In this document: positions 50,210 through 64,000 of the stretch, piece by piece
Layout: each line of letters begins with the position of its first letter
Position numbering within the stretch: the stretch's first letter is position 1
Source: Raja brachyura
Taxonomy: Eukaryota
Assembly: GCA_963514005.1 (NCBI GenBank)
Contig: OY740807.1
Span: forward strand, 12,648,001 to 12,712,000
DNA length: 64,000 nt
Direction of reading: 5' to 3'
Program-made: the position numbers and the translations under genes
Notes under the pieces: model-generated
Seen by the model: the letters and a program-made list of their open reading frames with translations, nothing else
What the model was told of the DNA's origin: nothing
Database searches by the model: none

Positions 50210-51190
50210 ATCCTTCCTCAGACAGAACTTGCCGAATCAAGTACTTTTAAAGGATGCATTAACAAACTGCTGTAAGATCAGGCATGATCCATGGAGTGAA
50301 ACGGATACATGACATTTTAGTTTGGAACTCTTATTTAGACTGGTGGAGTGGAGGGAAATAGATCTGGTAGGAAGTGGTGGGACAAAATGGCAAGTGATAA
50401 GTGGATCCAACTAAGGCATTATTAGCAGATGAGTCGGGTGGAGGAGAGAAGAGTGGAGAGAGTAACCAAAGCTGGAGATGATGAGTGGAGAAGACAAAGG
50501 GCTGCAGATAGTGGATCCTGATTAAAAATGAAGGTGAAGAGTGAAATGTTGAACCATAGGGAAGGATGGGGGGGGGGGGGGGGGTGGCGGCGGCATTGAT
50601 TGGCATGGGTGATGAGGGGAAATAATATGGTGGGGGAGTGGGATGAAAGTGGGGAGCAGGAAGCTGAGTAGATGAGGTGGTGGGGGGGTGTTTAACTTAA
50701 AATGTGAATTTGATGTCCATGCTATTGCTATACCCAAGCAGAGTATTAGGTGCTGTTTCTTCAGTTTGCACTCCAGCTGTCCTTGGGTGACAGCACACAT
50801 GTTCTGTAATGTGGCTGTCTAAGGTAAGGTGGGTCTCACCCATTTATAGGAGAAATGGAAAAAAATAAAATGGAGATGAACTGTATACCTCCATCTCACT
50901 TGGACAGACTGTTTAAGTCCTTAAGGGAGGAGGTGGAGAGAGCAGCTGCACCTCCAATGGTTGCAGGGAAATGCCCGGAGAGGGATGGGCAAATTGAGGA
51001 GTCTGAAAGGGATGGGGGAAGGAATGATGTGACAGGTGGTTGGCTCATGGTGAAGCCAGCAGAAATGTCTGAGAATGGCATGTTGGTTGCAGAGGTGAAT
51101 GGGATGAGCCCTGTTCTTTCTGGGGGAGGTGAGAGCAGAAAGTGTGTAACAGAGGAGACGTGGGTGAGGGCTTCATCTACAATTGAATGA
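50210..51190 (-). mobile_element. Penelope-like retroelement fragment
   Basis: Degenerate C-terminal ORF pieces (KLKKQHLILCLG; VDEALTHVSS) and a pyrimidine-rich 3' region. Confidence 0.55.
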
Positions 51191-54100
51191 ATGCTGCGGT
51201 TGAGATACACATACTTTATTAGCAGAGTATGTTTTGCAACATGAGGAATTTGATTTGCCATACAGTCATACTAATAAACAGCAACAGAAGACAAAATACA
51301 TTTTAACACAAACATCCACCACAGTGACCCCTCCACGCTCCTCACTGTGCTGGAAGGTGAAAAAAAGTTCAATCTCTACCCTTTGTTCTTCCCTCAATCC
51401 TTTGACCTCGAGCCTCCCGTTGATGGGATGTTCTTGACTCCCATAGCCGGCAGCGGCCCCTCCGCATCGGGGTCATAAAGCTCCTGTATCGGGGGGTGGG
51501 GGGTCAGTTCCCCACGCCGGGCGATTGTCCCCCAGGATGGTTTTGGAGCTCCCGACTCAATCTCTCCCGAAGCCGCGAGCCCTTGATGTTAAAGTCCGCA
51601 GGTCGTGGTTGGAGCGTCGATCCCAGGCAAGGAATCTGCTCCGATGGTAAGCCCGCACCCCGCGGTGGGGGGTCAAAGTCAGTCCCGAGCAAGGCCCCCA
51701 GGTCCACGATGTTAGGCCGCAGAGCGACCGGAGATATGACCCGGAAAACAATCACATCTCTGGCAAGGTAAGAGATTAAAAAATAGTTTCCCCCGCACCC
51801 CCATCCCACCACATAAAACAAACCAGGGAACATTAACATGATCTTTTAAAACACACTAAAAATAACAAATCACACGGAAAGTCAGACTGTTGCCGAGGCT
51901 GTCATTGAGGATCTATGTTTATTAAGTATATGCATGGAGGAAAAGGTGTTGTAGAGTGTAGATACCTGATATCCTGGCAGAGATACTTGGAAACTGAGCC
52001 AGAGCCACATGGGACAAAATAGGTTTATATTAAAATCGTTCCTGCACTTCAAGATTACTTTATTTGCTACAAAGCATTTTGAGATGCCAGATTGAAAAGA
52101 CCTCTTATAAGACAAATACATTTAAGAGAAACACTGCTTCATTCAACCTTCAAAATGAAATTAGAAAGCAATTAAAAGAAAGGGAGAAGGACAAGTTAAA
52201 AAGAAAGGCTGCATTTATTTACCACATTACATATCTCAGAAATCACCAAATCACTTTTAGCCAATTAAATGGTTTAAGAAAAGTGGTAGCTAGTTTACAA
52301 ACAGAAGGAAGGTCCTGACCCGAAACATTACCTATCCATGATGTTGCCTGACCCGCTGAGTTACTCCAGGAATTGTGTCAATATTTACAAAAGCATGATT
52401 CCACTGACGGATATGGGTTTGATTGAAAGAAAAATATTAACATGGATCTTTTGATAATTCTTTGAATTTGATTCAGTGAATTGTTTATCACCATCTTGGA
52501 TTACCATCTGAACATAAAGAAGACAACTCCAACATTGTAGATCTCCATCAGTATGTCCATCGTGTGTCTTGGTACCTTGACCAGGTGGCACCCTGCTGTC
52601 TGCACTATAATTGTCTCTATTACTTTGCAAGCTTTTGATTTTAAATGTTAAATGATCACAGTATGCAGTAAATGGAAAATATTTTAATTCTGCCTACAAT
52701 CTGCCTGCTGGCTCGAAAGGCCTTCTCCTGCACCTATTGTCTAATATGCAGGCTGTGAACACCCTTCAATTTCACAGCTTGGGACACCCCACCAGTTTAA
52801 AGAATGCTCTGGTCTGGACCAATGAAGAGATTTACTGTCTTGATGGCAGAAAATGTTAAGTGTTTGCAGAACAGAAGCCACTGGGAGGAAAGCAGCAAAA
52901 ATAAACTAAGCTCTCAAACCAACCTCCTATGTCTTTTTATCTGATAAAGGGGATTAAAAATCAGTAATTTTCTGGAGAATATTGCAAAATAAGTTTTTTT
53001 TTATAAATCCTGATACAGAATTACACTAATTAAGTGGAGCCACAATTCTATGCATAAACTCTTAACAAATGAATAATTCATGGTCGAGGTCTATTATAGA
53101 TATGGTAATTTCCAAATCCTGGAACCATCATTCAGAAACCATGTGACATTCTAACTGCCCTATTTTCTCACTAATTGTAATCTCTTCCCAACCACCATCT
53201 ACTGTCGTTTGTCAGAATTTTCTTAATGCTCGATATAAAGTAGAAAACTAACAGTGTCTGTCTACTGCTAGTTAACTCCTTTTTCATAAATGGAAATGTA
53301 CCCAAAATCCTGACCTTAATCAGGAGTCAGTTTTTGCTCAAAACACTGGTCATACCAAACCAAATTTGAAATTTTAGAGGGATATGTCCAAAGTGGTAGC
53401 AAATACACATAGAAACAAAAGCTCATTGCACAACCTAGCAAGATAGGCAGCCAAGGAATTTTTTTGCTTACTTGCCTTTACTAGTCATGTCAGAGACTAT
53501 GGATTAAAACTACAGTCATAGAGTACTGCAGACAGTTCAGATCACCATACTACAGTAAAGATAATAACCCTAGAGAGGGTGGGAAAATGAGCTTGTTGCA
53601 AGGAGAATTTTAGTTAGAGAATATTTTTTAATATAATATTGAAGGAGGAGGGGAGATCTATTCATGGAGTATTAAAAGGTGATCTGAGAGGACCTATTTC
53701 CCTTGGCGAATGATCAATAATTAGGAGTAGATTTTGGATAAATTTGACTACTGTTGTTAGTTTGTAGACTGGGTAAGTTATTTTAGTAACTACCCAGACA
53801 TTTCTGATCTAAATGTTGATTTCCAAATTTCCAGTATTTAAAATAATGTTTGTTTATGTTTATTTCTCTCAAATTGCAACATTGGATTCAAATATCAGGC
53901 CATCACATGCAAGGCAGACAACATGGTCTGATTAAATGTGATTAACCACAGCAATGATTGACGTTTGCAATGTGTGGGCATCTTTCACGTTTCCATTCGC
54001 TTATTTAAAATAATAAACAAAGGTAATTTATTTATATAATAAAAAAAGATCTTGCTTTGAATGGTGCCACATTGATTGGTATGGATTTCACTGCAGAAAG

Positions 54101-54681
54101 AGATACTATCTCTAGGAAAACATCTTAGTAACATGGAGTCATACGGCATGGAAACGGGCCCTTTGGCCCAATTTGTCCCTGCCCAGTAAGATACCCCATC
54201 TATGCTAGTCCCACCTGCCCACAATTGGCACATATTCTTCAAAATCATTCCTATCCATGTTCCTGTCCTTTAAATGTTGTGGTACCTGCATCAACTATCT
54301 TCTCTGGCAGCTTGTTCCATATACCCACAGCGTGTGTGAAATGCAATGCAAATGATCATTGGTCACATGCTACAATTCTTGAAGTGGCACTAATTCATTT
54401 TACATTTGTTAGATGCAAATGTTCTCATGTTTAACTGTATCTGTAGTTTTGACCAGGGAGTAATTTGAATATTTGAGTGTTTTTCCCCATAGTAATTTAG
54501 TCCAGGACCTAGATCGTGGAGGATGTTATGAGATGATTTAGTTCACTGCAAAGTGGGGAATGTTTTATTAATTCAGAAAAGATGTGCTTAAAATTGTGAA
54601 ATTGGTAAAATAAAGAAACTTTCTGCTGAGGTATGGAGATGGTAATTATGGATGTTGCTTGAGATTGTCTATCGATATGAA

Positions 54682-54792
54682 ATATAGAGAGAAGTTTATG
54701 ATATTAGAACATAGAATGGTAGAGCACAGAAATAGGCCCTATTTCTGTGCTCTACCATTCTATGTTCTAATATCATAAACTTCTCTCTATAT
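54682..54792. repeat. Perfect 55-bp inverted repeat with 1-nt spacer
   Basis: 54682-54736 is the exact reverse complement of 54738-54792. Confidence 0.95.
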
Positions 54793-54829
54793 ATGTCCAA
54801 GCCGAACATAATGCCAAGTTAAATTCACC

Positions 54830-55595
54830 TCAAGAGTGTTTTATTGTCATATGTCCCGGATGGGACAATGAAATTCTTACTTGCTACAGCACAACAGATT
54901 ATGCAAACATAAGGGGGGGGGAGAGAAAAAAATCAAAAGGTTCAATAAATAACAAATACAGTGCAATAATAATATAGCCTTTTGCAGTTCAGAGCTCAGA
55001 GCTTATTCGTTGTTTTGTTTAGTAGCCTGATGGCTGTAGGGAAGAAGCTGTTCTTGAACCTGGATGTTACAGTTCTCAGGCTCCTGTACCTTCTTCCTTA
55101 TGGCAATGGTGAGATGAGTGTGTGGCCAGGATGGTGTGGGTCCTTGATGATTCTGGACATTCAAGTTGCCGAACCAGGCCACGATGCAACCAGTCAGAAT
55201 GCTCTCTACCGTGCACCTGTAGAAGTTTAGGAGAATCCTCTTCGACATGCTGGATCTCCGTAATCTTCTCAGGAAGTTGAGTCGCTGATGTGCATCGGTG
55301 TGCTGGGTCCAGGAAAGATCTTTGGAAATATGCACGCCCAGGAATTTGAAGCCATTGATCCTCTCCACCATCGTCCCATTGATATGAACAGGATTGTGGG
55401 TCCTCATCCTTCCCCTACCAAAGTCCACAATCAGTTCCTTAGTCTTACTGATGTTGAGAGTCAGGTTGTGGTGCTGGCACCATTTGGTCAGTCAGTCGAT
55501 CTCACTTCCATGCTCTGACACGTCCCCATCTGTGATTCGTCCAACCACAGTGGTGTCGTCGGCGAACGTGATGATGGAGTTCGCACCATGTCCCG
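54830..55595 (-). mobile_element. Rex/Babar-type LINE 3' fragment
   Basis: FADDTTVVG, FKFLGVHIS and FYRCTVESILTGCIVAWFGN. Confidence 0.85.
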
Positions 55596-56435
55596 CTCCT
55601 CTGCCTGCATGTGATCCATATCCCTCCATTTCCATGTGCTTATCCAAAAGCCTTAACTGGTACGATCTATCTGCCTCCTCCACCACCCCGAGCAGCATGT
55701 TACAGGCACCCCCTCAGTAAAAACACTTCACCTGCACATTTCCTTTAAACTTTGCAACTCTCACCTTGAAGCGATGCCCTCTCACTTTTGACATTTCCAC
55801 TCTGGGAAAATGGTTCTGACAGTCCACTGTATTTGTGCCTCTCATAATTTGATTGCTTTCTCCCGAGAAAATTGGCGAGCGCAAAATCCATAACCATAAA
55901 TTTCAAAATGATGGATGTCTAACATCAACAATAAAAAATGGGTTATTGGAATGAGACTAAGGAAATATCACGCTGCAAGACTTTGGTTGAGAGTTGATAT
56001 CTTCTTCAGATACACAAGGATGTTAACACGTCTTTTAGCAGAGCTACTGGCATTGGAGAAATGCTGAGAGTAAAGTTTGTCGGCAGCTAGTGACGTTTTA
56101 AGCTCATTATTATGAGTAATTTTCACGCCTAATGATTGATATCAGCAGATCTGGCTCCTGTCATTTTTTACACGTTAAACATGCTTCAGATGGTACAAGC
56201 ATTTTGTGGTTTGGTGCTGAACCAGGAGAAACATAAAACCACGACTATTACCGAAAGAAAATGTTGGGCTTCGGGAGCGGGGTAGGGGTCTCCAATTTGC
56301 ATTCACCAATTTCTAAAGTGGATCTGACAGGCGATAATTTAACGCAGGTACTTTTTGTTTCCCGCCGGATGAGATGAACGGCGGGACGCGCTGCCAGGAA
56401 CAATTGTGGGCGCAGTGGTTCTTCCACCGGACAGT

Positions 56436-57972
56436 ATGGAGGGCGGGACGGCGAGGGAGATGGCGGCAGCCAAGGCTCTGAGTGCTGCCTTGGCTTCAGA
56501 CAGCGAGGAGGTCGCCTGGAAGGACGAGGAGATGTGCGTGGTGGGCATATTCGGAAAGACGTCGGAGCTGAGCGCAGAGAAGTACGCCATCGTCAACACG
56601 CTGTGCGACAAGCCGGTCTTCCCCTTATACCCGTCACTTGTCAATGACCATCACCAGGGTAACAACTTGCTGCAGAGCTACTACAACCAGGACAGCAAGG
56701 TGCTCTACCTGTTACTTACCGCCGTCTGCGACAACCACCAGCTGCTGCAGGCCTGCAGGGCCCTGGCAGACGACGTCTCCCATGCCGAAGCCCACGAGTA
56801 TTGGAAAGGAGAGGAGAAGCTCCACTGCATCCACCTGCTCTATCTCTTCTCCGTCTCACACATCCTCCTCTTGGTCCACCCCACCTGCTCATTTGACATC
56901 ACTTACGACCGTCTCTTCCGAGCTTTGGACAGCCTCCGGCAAAAGGTTCTTCCCTATCTAAAGAGCACGATTAAGGATTGCCCGGTAGGGAAGGAATGGA
57001 GATTGAATTGTAGACCCTGCCCTCCAAGGCTGCTCTTTGTTTTCCAGCTGAATGGAGCTTTGAAGGTCGAGCCCAAGTGTCTAGACCCTTCTAATCTGGA
57101 TAAACCCAAAAAGCACTCTCCCAAAAGGAGACTCCAGCATGCCCTGGAGGATCAGATTTACAGGATTTTCAGAAAGAGCAGAGTGCTGACCAACCAGAGT
57201 ATTAACTGTCTGTTTACTGTTCCTGCCAACCAAGCGTTTGTTTATGTGGTGGCTGGGCAGGGGGATGATCCCATCAGCATGCTGATTGGGCAACTGAAGA
57301 ACAACTGTACCATCAGGGAGCACGAATCCCTCCCAGTTCCTGGTTCACGACGTTATCAGATGATGAAGCACGTCCGCCAGCCATCTTTCATACTAGAAAG
57401 CAGCCTCAACAGCTCCAGCGGGCAGCTGGTGGATTGCACGTTGAAGGAGTTTCTGTGGCAACACGTGGATCTGGTTCTGACTAAAAAGGGTTTTGAGGAT
57501 AGTGTCGGAAGAAATCCACAGCCATCACATTTTGAGCTTCCTGCCTACAAAAACTGGCTGGCTGTAGCCTCAAAACTCTATGAGGTGATGATCAACTGGA
57601 GGGAGGATGAGCTTGGATTTCTTTGTGGTGACCTTTCCTCCAAGATACAAGTACAGCTAAAAGGACTTGAAGGATTTTTAGATGCAGATAATAAGTTTTC
57701 TGAAAACCGCTGCCAAAAGGCCTTACCTCTGGCTCACAGTGCCTATCAGTCTAACCTTCCTCACCATTACACAACAACTATCCACAAGAACCAGCTGGCA
57801 CAGGCCCTCCGTGTTTATAGTCAGCATGCCCGTGGACCGGCCTTCCAGAAATATGCCATGCAGCTGCATGAAGATTGCTACAAGTTCTGGAGTAACGGGC
57901 ACCAGTTGTGTGAAGAGAGAAGCTTAACGGATCAACATTGTGTTCACAAATTTCATCTACTGCCTAAACCAG
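56436..57972 (+). CDS. SMG8: SMG8 nonsense-mediated decay factor, exon 1 (alternative ATG at 56460)
   Basis: Long ORF with CVVGIFGKT, NCRPCPPRLLFVFQ, KKHSPKRRLQHALEDQIYRIFRKSRVLTNQS and ARGPAF motifs; AG|GTGAG donor, phase 1. Confidence 0.96.
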
Positions 57973-59275
57973 GTGAGCCATAAATTACAGAGAGACACAG
58001 GGAGCTGCAGATGCTGGAATCTTGAGCAAAACACAGTCCTGGAGGAGTGCAGCAGGTCAGGCATCATGTCTGAATGGAATAGATGTTGATCTTTCAGGTT
58101 GGAAGAAGGTTATGACCTGTTCCCTCCACAGATGCAGCCTGACCTGAGTTCATCCAACATTTTGTTTTGAGTCATAGATTAGGCGGTTTTCATCTTGGCT
58201 TGGGTTGGAACATTTGGGGGAAGGGGAAAATGCTGAAATATATATACAATTGCCCCCTCCCATCGTTGTGAGATTGCACTTCCATATTTATACACCTGAG
58301 AGTATGAAAAATGTACCAGCAATTCAACCTCTGCATCAGATTATCATCAAACATACAATAGAATAATTGCATATGGGGAGTTTTCAAAGCTGGAAACCAA
58401 CAAAGTCTGTGTTTTAATTGAGAGTTAGATCAGATAACTGCAGTGAACACTAATCGTATTTAGACTTCCAGGTCCACTAATTTTCAAACTGTTCATGAAT
58501 AAGGAATAGATGAATAACATAACAGAATATAGGAAATATAATCGGAAGTGAGCAATATGGCACCTCCTGCTTGCTGTTGCATTGAATACGATATTGCTTG
58601 ATCCTCAGCGCTGAGTCTAGTTTTGATTTTCATAAATTCCGCAATCTATTGATCGCAGGATTGGACATGTTCAACAATTGAGCATACAGAGCTCTCTAGC
58701 ATATTCACAACTCCATGTGAAGTTTCTCCTAATCTCAATTTTACATAAATGGCCCCTTCTCCTGAGTGTAGTTCGAGACTCCCAGGGCAAAGGAAATAAC
58801 CCATTATCACCCACCCTATAAATCCTCCTCAGTTTTACATTTCAAAGAATTTGGCTTGTGTATCTAAACTCCAATTTTACTCGTACTCACCTTGGGATAA
58901 GAATTACCTCATCAGTCAAAGTTAATGCAATAATTCATCATTGCATTAATTCCAAGGCAAGTATATCTTATTGAGACCAAAGGAAAGTATAAGCAAATAT
59001 TCATGGATCATATCAGATGCAAGTCGAGGGAGGAAATGTTAAGTTTTTACAGTTCTTGCAAGTATCTCGATGAAAGTTGCCTTTTTCCTTCCTTGAGAAA
59101 TGTATTAATGTGTTTCCTTTCAGTTGTAATGTTTTATTTTTATTTTTTGATATCTTTTTCCTCTAACCCCTTAACCTCCCATTTCTCTTGTTTTTGCTCA
59201 GACGTCTATGCCTTGATTAATTAAATAGTTTCTTGATACTGCCTTCTCATTATCTGTCTCTTTCAATAGACAGTA

Positions 59276-60309
59276 TAGCAATGTTACAACATTTTGAGAT
59301 TTAAAAAATAAAGTTTGCAATTTATCCCATCAGATAAAGCATAAAAAGGAGTTTAATTTGACACCTAATTCACTTTCATATCTTCAGTATTAAGAAAGTT
59401 CTGACCATTTTCATACTCAGAAATTAGCATCTTGTTCCCCATTGCCTTTCAATTGACTTAACTCAAAAGCTGTGATCTAGAATCGTTAAAAGCCCGTAAC
59501 TTTGTTAAAAATTAAGAGAACTCAATGACATTTCCAGTTATTATAGACTGAAGCATTCTGAAACGAATATGAAACAATCTTACTTGGATGACCTGAAATT
59601 AAAGCATATAATTAGTTAGTTATCTAATTGTAGCTAATTACAAAATTCAATGAGTAGATCTAAACATCTATCCATTTCTTAAAAAAAGATAAACTTTTTT
59701 AAAATTGCCTAAGTGTCCAAATAACATCACACAATAATCCACAATATAACATAATTTTTAAATCTAATTTTCATGAATTTCTGGGCCAAATGGAAGGAAT
59801 TTAGTGTTTAACGCCTGTAAATTAATGGCCATTTAAATCAACTAGCGAGTGGGTTTTAGTGGAATGCGGTGGATTGGTACGTTGTGGTTTGCTGTGAAGT
59901 CGGTATGAAAAATACAGCCGGTTCATACATTTTTTTTGGACCCCATTTCGCAACATGAAAATATTATTAAAGCCTCCATAAAAAACAACTTTTAATATAA
60001 AAATAAACTATTTACCTTTTTTTCTCCCCTACACAAAATCCTTCCTGTTGTCGGCGCTCATGGCTTTTGAAGGTGATTTTTAAATTACGCTAGATAACAA
60101 ATAATCTCGCGTAATTTAAAAATACTTTCATTCATGAAATGTCGGAGCGATTTTTCTTCCGCAACGAAATCGCCCGACATGGATCGACTTGCCCTGCCTG
60201 TGGAAAATCGGCACTTTAAGCCCGCCCCCCTCTGAAAGGCGCCAAAGTCGCGCACACGGGGAGTGGCAGAACTGCAGCGCTGCTCAAGGTAAGTTTTGTA
60301 ACATACCTA
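59276..60309. mobile_element. Non-autonomous DNA transposon with TAG..CTA termini, unclassified
   Basis: Imperfect TIRs TAGCAATGTTACAA and TTGTAACATACCTA; (TA)GACAGTA duplicated on both flanks; window bases 1-100 are the reverse-complement end of another copy. Confidence 0.72.
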
Positions 60310-62475
60310 GACAGTAGACAATAGGTGCAGGGGTAGGCCATTCGGCCCTTTGAGCCAGATTTCCATTCAATGTGATCATGGCTGTATTTTATATATTTCC
60401 TACTCCCTCTATGCATTGTCTTAACAGCCTTCTGAGAGATGGGGTTTGCATTTTCTCGTTAAAGTAGAACTGCTCTATAATTGCAGCAGAGTGGCTTCTC
60501 TTCTTAAAAACAGTGGGTAAGACTGTCTACGTCAGCAAAAATCTGTTACCCAATTTGCAATAACGAAGGGATGGATCCACATTTAAGTATTTTATGTATT
60601 TCAATATACAGCCTATTCAATATACAGCCTTACATTTTATTAATGTAATAAAAAGGAACTCCACCTGCTGGTTTATCACAAAGTTAGACACATAGGGTTG
60701 GAGAAAATCAGTGGGTCAGGCAGCATCTCTGAAGAAAAGAGTGATGTTTTGGGTCAGAACCCTTCTTCATACCTATGTTGTGCTTTGTTTAATAAAGATG
60801 ATAAACTAGTAATATAGGATGAGACCAAGAAAAAAAAAATCTTAATTTTAGCGTTACTGCCACACAAGAGAGTGTGTAGTCTAATGCTCAACTAGTATTA
60901 TAAATTGTTTTGAATTCAGTGGGCAGATTGAATGCAATAACTCTTACTTCATGGGCCCATATTGGGAAAATAAAAGTGCTGTGACATGTTGGTTAATCTT
61001 AAATGCCCATCGGATACACAATAATTCTTCAAGAAGGGGAACCTTCTGTTGCTCTCCCGTCCAGGCTAATCCATTTATGACTTCACGACCACGTGATAGT
61101 TTAGTCTAATTAGCTAGCTTATGAAATAGCCTGGTAAGTAAGCTTATGGCATTAGCAAAGTGTTGTGGTAATGTGCAAAGTTTAAGTAGCTAAACATAGT
61201 GTTCCTAATGTTAAAGTTCATATGGTACAAGGAGGCACCAAGTCATGTCTGCATTTAACATTAATTATAGAGTAGAAGGTGTTGCTATATCATCGTCCAT
61301 ACAAGGGAGACCAAGTCCAGAATCGTGCAAGTTTTGCAGACCCCTGGTGGACTGGAAGTGCAGGTGCTGAAGGCTCAACTAGTTACTAAATCTGAAAAGC
61401 AAGCGTAGGCGTTGATAATGAAGACAACAGAACAACGGAGACTAAAAGAAGCAGCGGAGCTATATCAAATGGACAATCAACATTGGATCTTTAGAGAGGC
61501 TGAGATCACCCACTCCACAAGTGGCAAATCCCAGACACTTTCACCTGTATCCTTTGCACCAGGTATTTCTTACAGAATGTTTTTAATGAGCTTTCAGGAT
61601 GGTAGATGTGCAAAGTGGCATTTGCATTGCAGTGTCGAGACAGTGATCTTCTCTGCGTGTGTGTTATTGTTTGTAGTCATGGAGAAATGCTGAGAGAGCC
61701 ATGGGTGTCCCTCGAGAATAAAGGGATAGTCATTTTGGACCACGAGTGCAACTCGTTAGCTAACTAGGACATTGAACAGTACAGAATAGGCCCTTTGGCC
61801 AAAGATGTCTATGCCAAACATGATGCCTACTTAAACTAATTCCTTTTGTCTGCACATACTCCATATCCATCCATTCTCTGTATATTTGTGTGTCTAAATA
61901 AAGCCTTTTCAAGCTACTATCATACCTCCTTCAGCCATTTGACCAAATTACCCTGACAACTCATCCCCAGTAAGACTGGCCACAGCCTATCATTGATATT
62001 GCCTTGGTCCTATCTGATTATCTCCTGCCACCACCTTTACTTCTTAAAACAACGATTGAAAATCTATTTTCTAGTTCTGATGATAGGTTTTTGCTCTGAA
62101 CTTTCTTTCTCTCTCCACGGATACTGCTTGATCTGCTGAGTGTTGAACAACAATTTCTGTTTTTTATCACCTTAGCTTTCTTTGCTCGGAGGAAGATAAT
62201 CCCATCCCTCCACAAATTCTCTATCCTGTTTCCATTCCTGTAACTTCCCGTTGCAGTTTGCAGGGCGTTCCTGAACACTTGCCTGTATCGTTATTCTTGC
62301 AGAGCTTAAAAAAGCTTAACAAGGTTTCAAACTGATGAGGCGCGATATATGTGTGAGGAATGTCATCATTAGCCTGGGTAGATTCTACTCCTCACCTATT
62401 TCGCAACCAGAATGAAATATCTAATGGAAGACACGTTTATTGTGCATTCTGTGTATTTGCCACCCTTTCTTGCAG

Positions 62476-62621
62476 GAGAGAAACCTGAGCCTGATAGGAA
62501 TCCACCCGTGCTGTATCACAACAGCCGTGCGCGTTCCACCAGTTCCTGCAACTGTGGTCGCAGGCAAGCCCCTCGTGATGATCCCTTCGACATCAAGTCA
62601 GCCAATTATGACTTCTACCAG
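62476..62621 (+). CDS. SMG8: SMG8 exon 2 (146 nt); the gene continues beyond the window
   Basis: CAG/GT flanked; EKPEPDRNPPVLYHNSRARSTSSCNCGRRQAPRDDPFDIKSANYDFYQ. Confidence 0.95.
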
Positions 62622-64000
62622 GTATGGCAAGATTTAAATGTGGGTAATATTTTTGTGGCTAATGTGCCACAACCTTTCTCCTACTGACTGCATGACTTTC
62701 TTTCTGGTTCCAGTAATAGAATGTAGAACACCGCAGCACAGGAACAGGCACTTCAGCCCACAATGTCCATGCTGTACATGATGCCAAGATAAACTAATCT
62801 CATCTGTCTGCACATGATCCATAACCCTCCATTCCCTGCAATTCCTTGTGCCTGTCTAAAAGCCTCTTAAACGCAACTATCACTTCTGCCTCCAACACCA
62901 CCCCTGGCACATTCCAGGCACCCACCACTTAGAGGCTGTAAAAATAAAACTGTCCCACACATCAACAAATGGAAATTTGATTGCAAATTTTGGTGAACAT
63001 TGACATGCCTGGTTTGCATGATTGAGCTGAACTGCCTATTTGGTGTATAGATTTGCATGTTGGTATTGAAGAATAGAAAGCAAGACTTGCATTTTCACCT
63101 AAGATGTCACAGTCTACTTTTAGTTTTAAGTTATTATCACTGTATTAAATGGGAAATGCATCTGGCAGCTTGTGAGCAGCAGAGTTCCACAAATAACAAT
63201 GCAAAAATAACTAGGTCTCTTTGTTCAAGACATCAGTTGATTATTTATTCCCAGGATAATAGGAAGAACTGCCCTGCTCTCATTGCAATAGTGCAGTGAA
63301 ATTGCGTACATCTACTTGAAAGCCTCAGATTATCATTGTTACGTTAAGAACATGACTTTGAACATGTCAATGCCTGAATGTTGCTTTAGATTAGATTAGT
63401 TTATTGTCATAAACTAATCTAATATCAAGGTGCAACAAAACTCCTTGTTCACAGGAAGCTGAAAGAGCACACAGCATATATGACAATAATAGATACAACA
63501 ATAAATACAAGGAATGCAAAACTGCAGAATGGTGCAAAGAATGTAGACTAATCTGAAATAGTGCAAAAGAAATTGTGCTGAAGTGCAATTACAGAATTAC
63601 TAAATGAAGTAACATTAAGAGTGAGAGTACCTGATAGCATCGTGAAGGGAGTGAGAAAGAGGTGATTAATTCAAGAGTGTGATAACAGTTGGCACAAAGT
63701 TGTTCTCTATTCTTCCACACATCCCCTTGCTTGCTCTCCCCTTTCCTCAACTCTTTGTGCAGTTTGATATAGTTATTTCCTATCTAAAAGCACTGCTGTG
63801 ATGTTCCAAGGCAATTCTGAGAGGTCTGAGAAGATGACACTGAAATGCAAAGTTTTGTCCAAAAGTTGTAAGATCAAAATTATTAGCTGTGGACTTATAA
63901 TTTACATTAAAAAATGTCAATGTTTATGTGCTTTTTAACTTTGGAAATAATTTCTGGGTTTTTTCTGTGACCATGTGGCTTTTCACCAGATACTCCGGTT

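Noticed and set aside
56406-56435. GTG start of the SMG8 ORF given by the ORF track
   Set aside because: This is a eukaryotic gene; the in-frame ATGs at 56436 and 56460 have good Kozak context
1-64000. CRISPR arrays, rRNA, tRNA genes or prokaryotic operons
   Set aside because: None seen; tRNA-like A/B boxes belong to SINE heads and the window is intron-rich vertebrate DNA

Overview
Vertebrate genomic DNA, very probably from a cartilaginous fish such as a skate or ray (inferred from HE1/HER1-like SINE/CR1, Rex-Babar and Penelope-type repeats). It covers the conserved SKA2(-)/PRR11(+)/SMG8(+) block. Three SKA2 coding exons lie on the minus strand, and the last exon is outside the window. The 21.5-kb SKA2 intron 1 hosts a mir-130c/mir-301/mir-454 cluster. 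A CCAAT-rich bidirectional promoter separates SKA2 from a complete PRR11 (10 coding exons, about 406 aa), followed by SMG8 exons 1-2. Introns contain a decayed Tc1 transposon, a short-LTR Gypsy element, a solo LTR, Harbinger and pogo-like MITEs, and many LINE/SINE fragments. The most notable observations are: an 8mer miR-130/301/454 site in the PRR11 3'UTR (possible feed-forward loop within one locus), a tandemly duplicated 99-nt PRR11 exon with a WH2-like motif, two tiny TSD-flanked inserts resembling P-element excision footprints near the PRR11 start, and two long perfect palindromes. Exon models were read by eye and homology calls come from recalled sequences; no database search was run.
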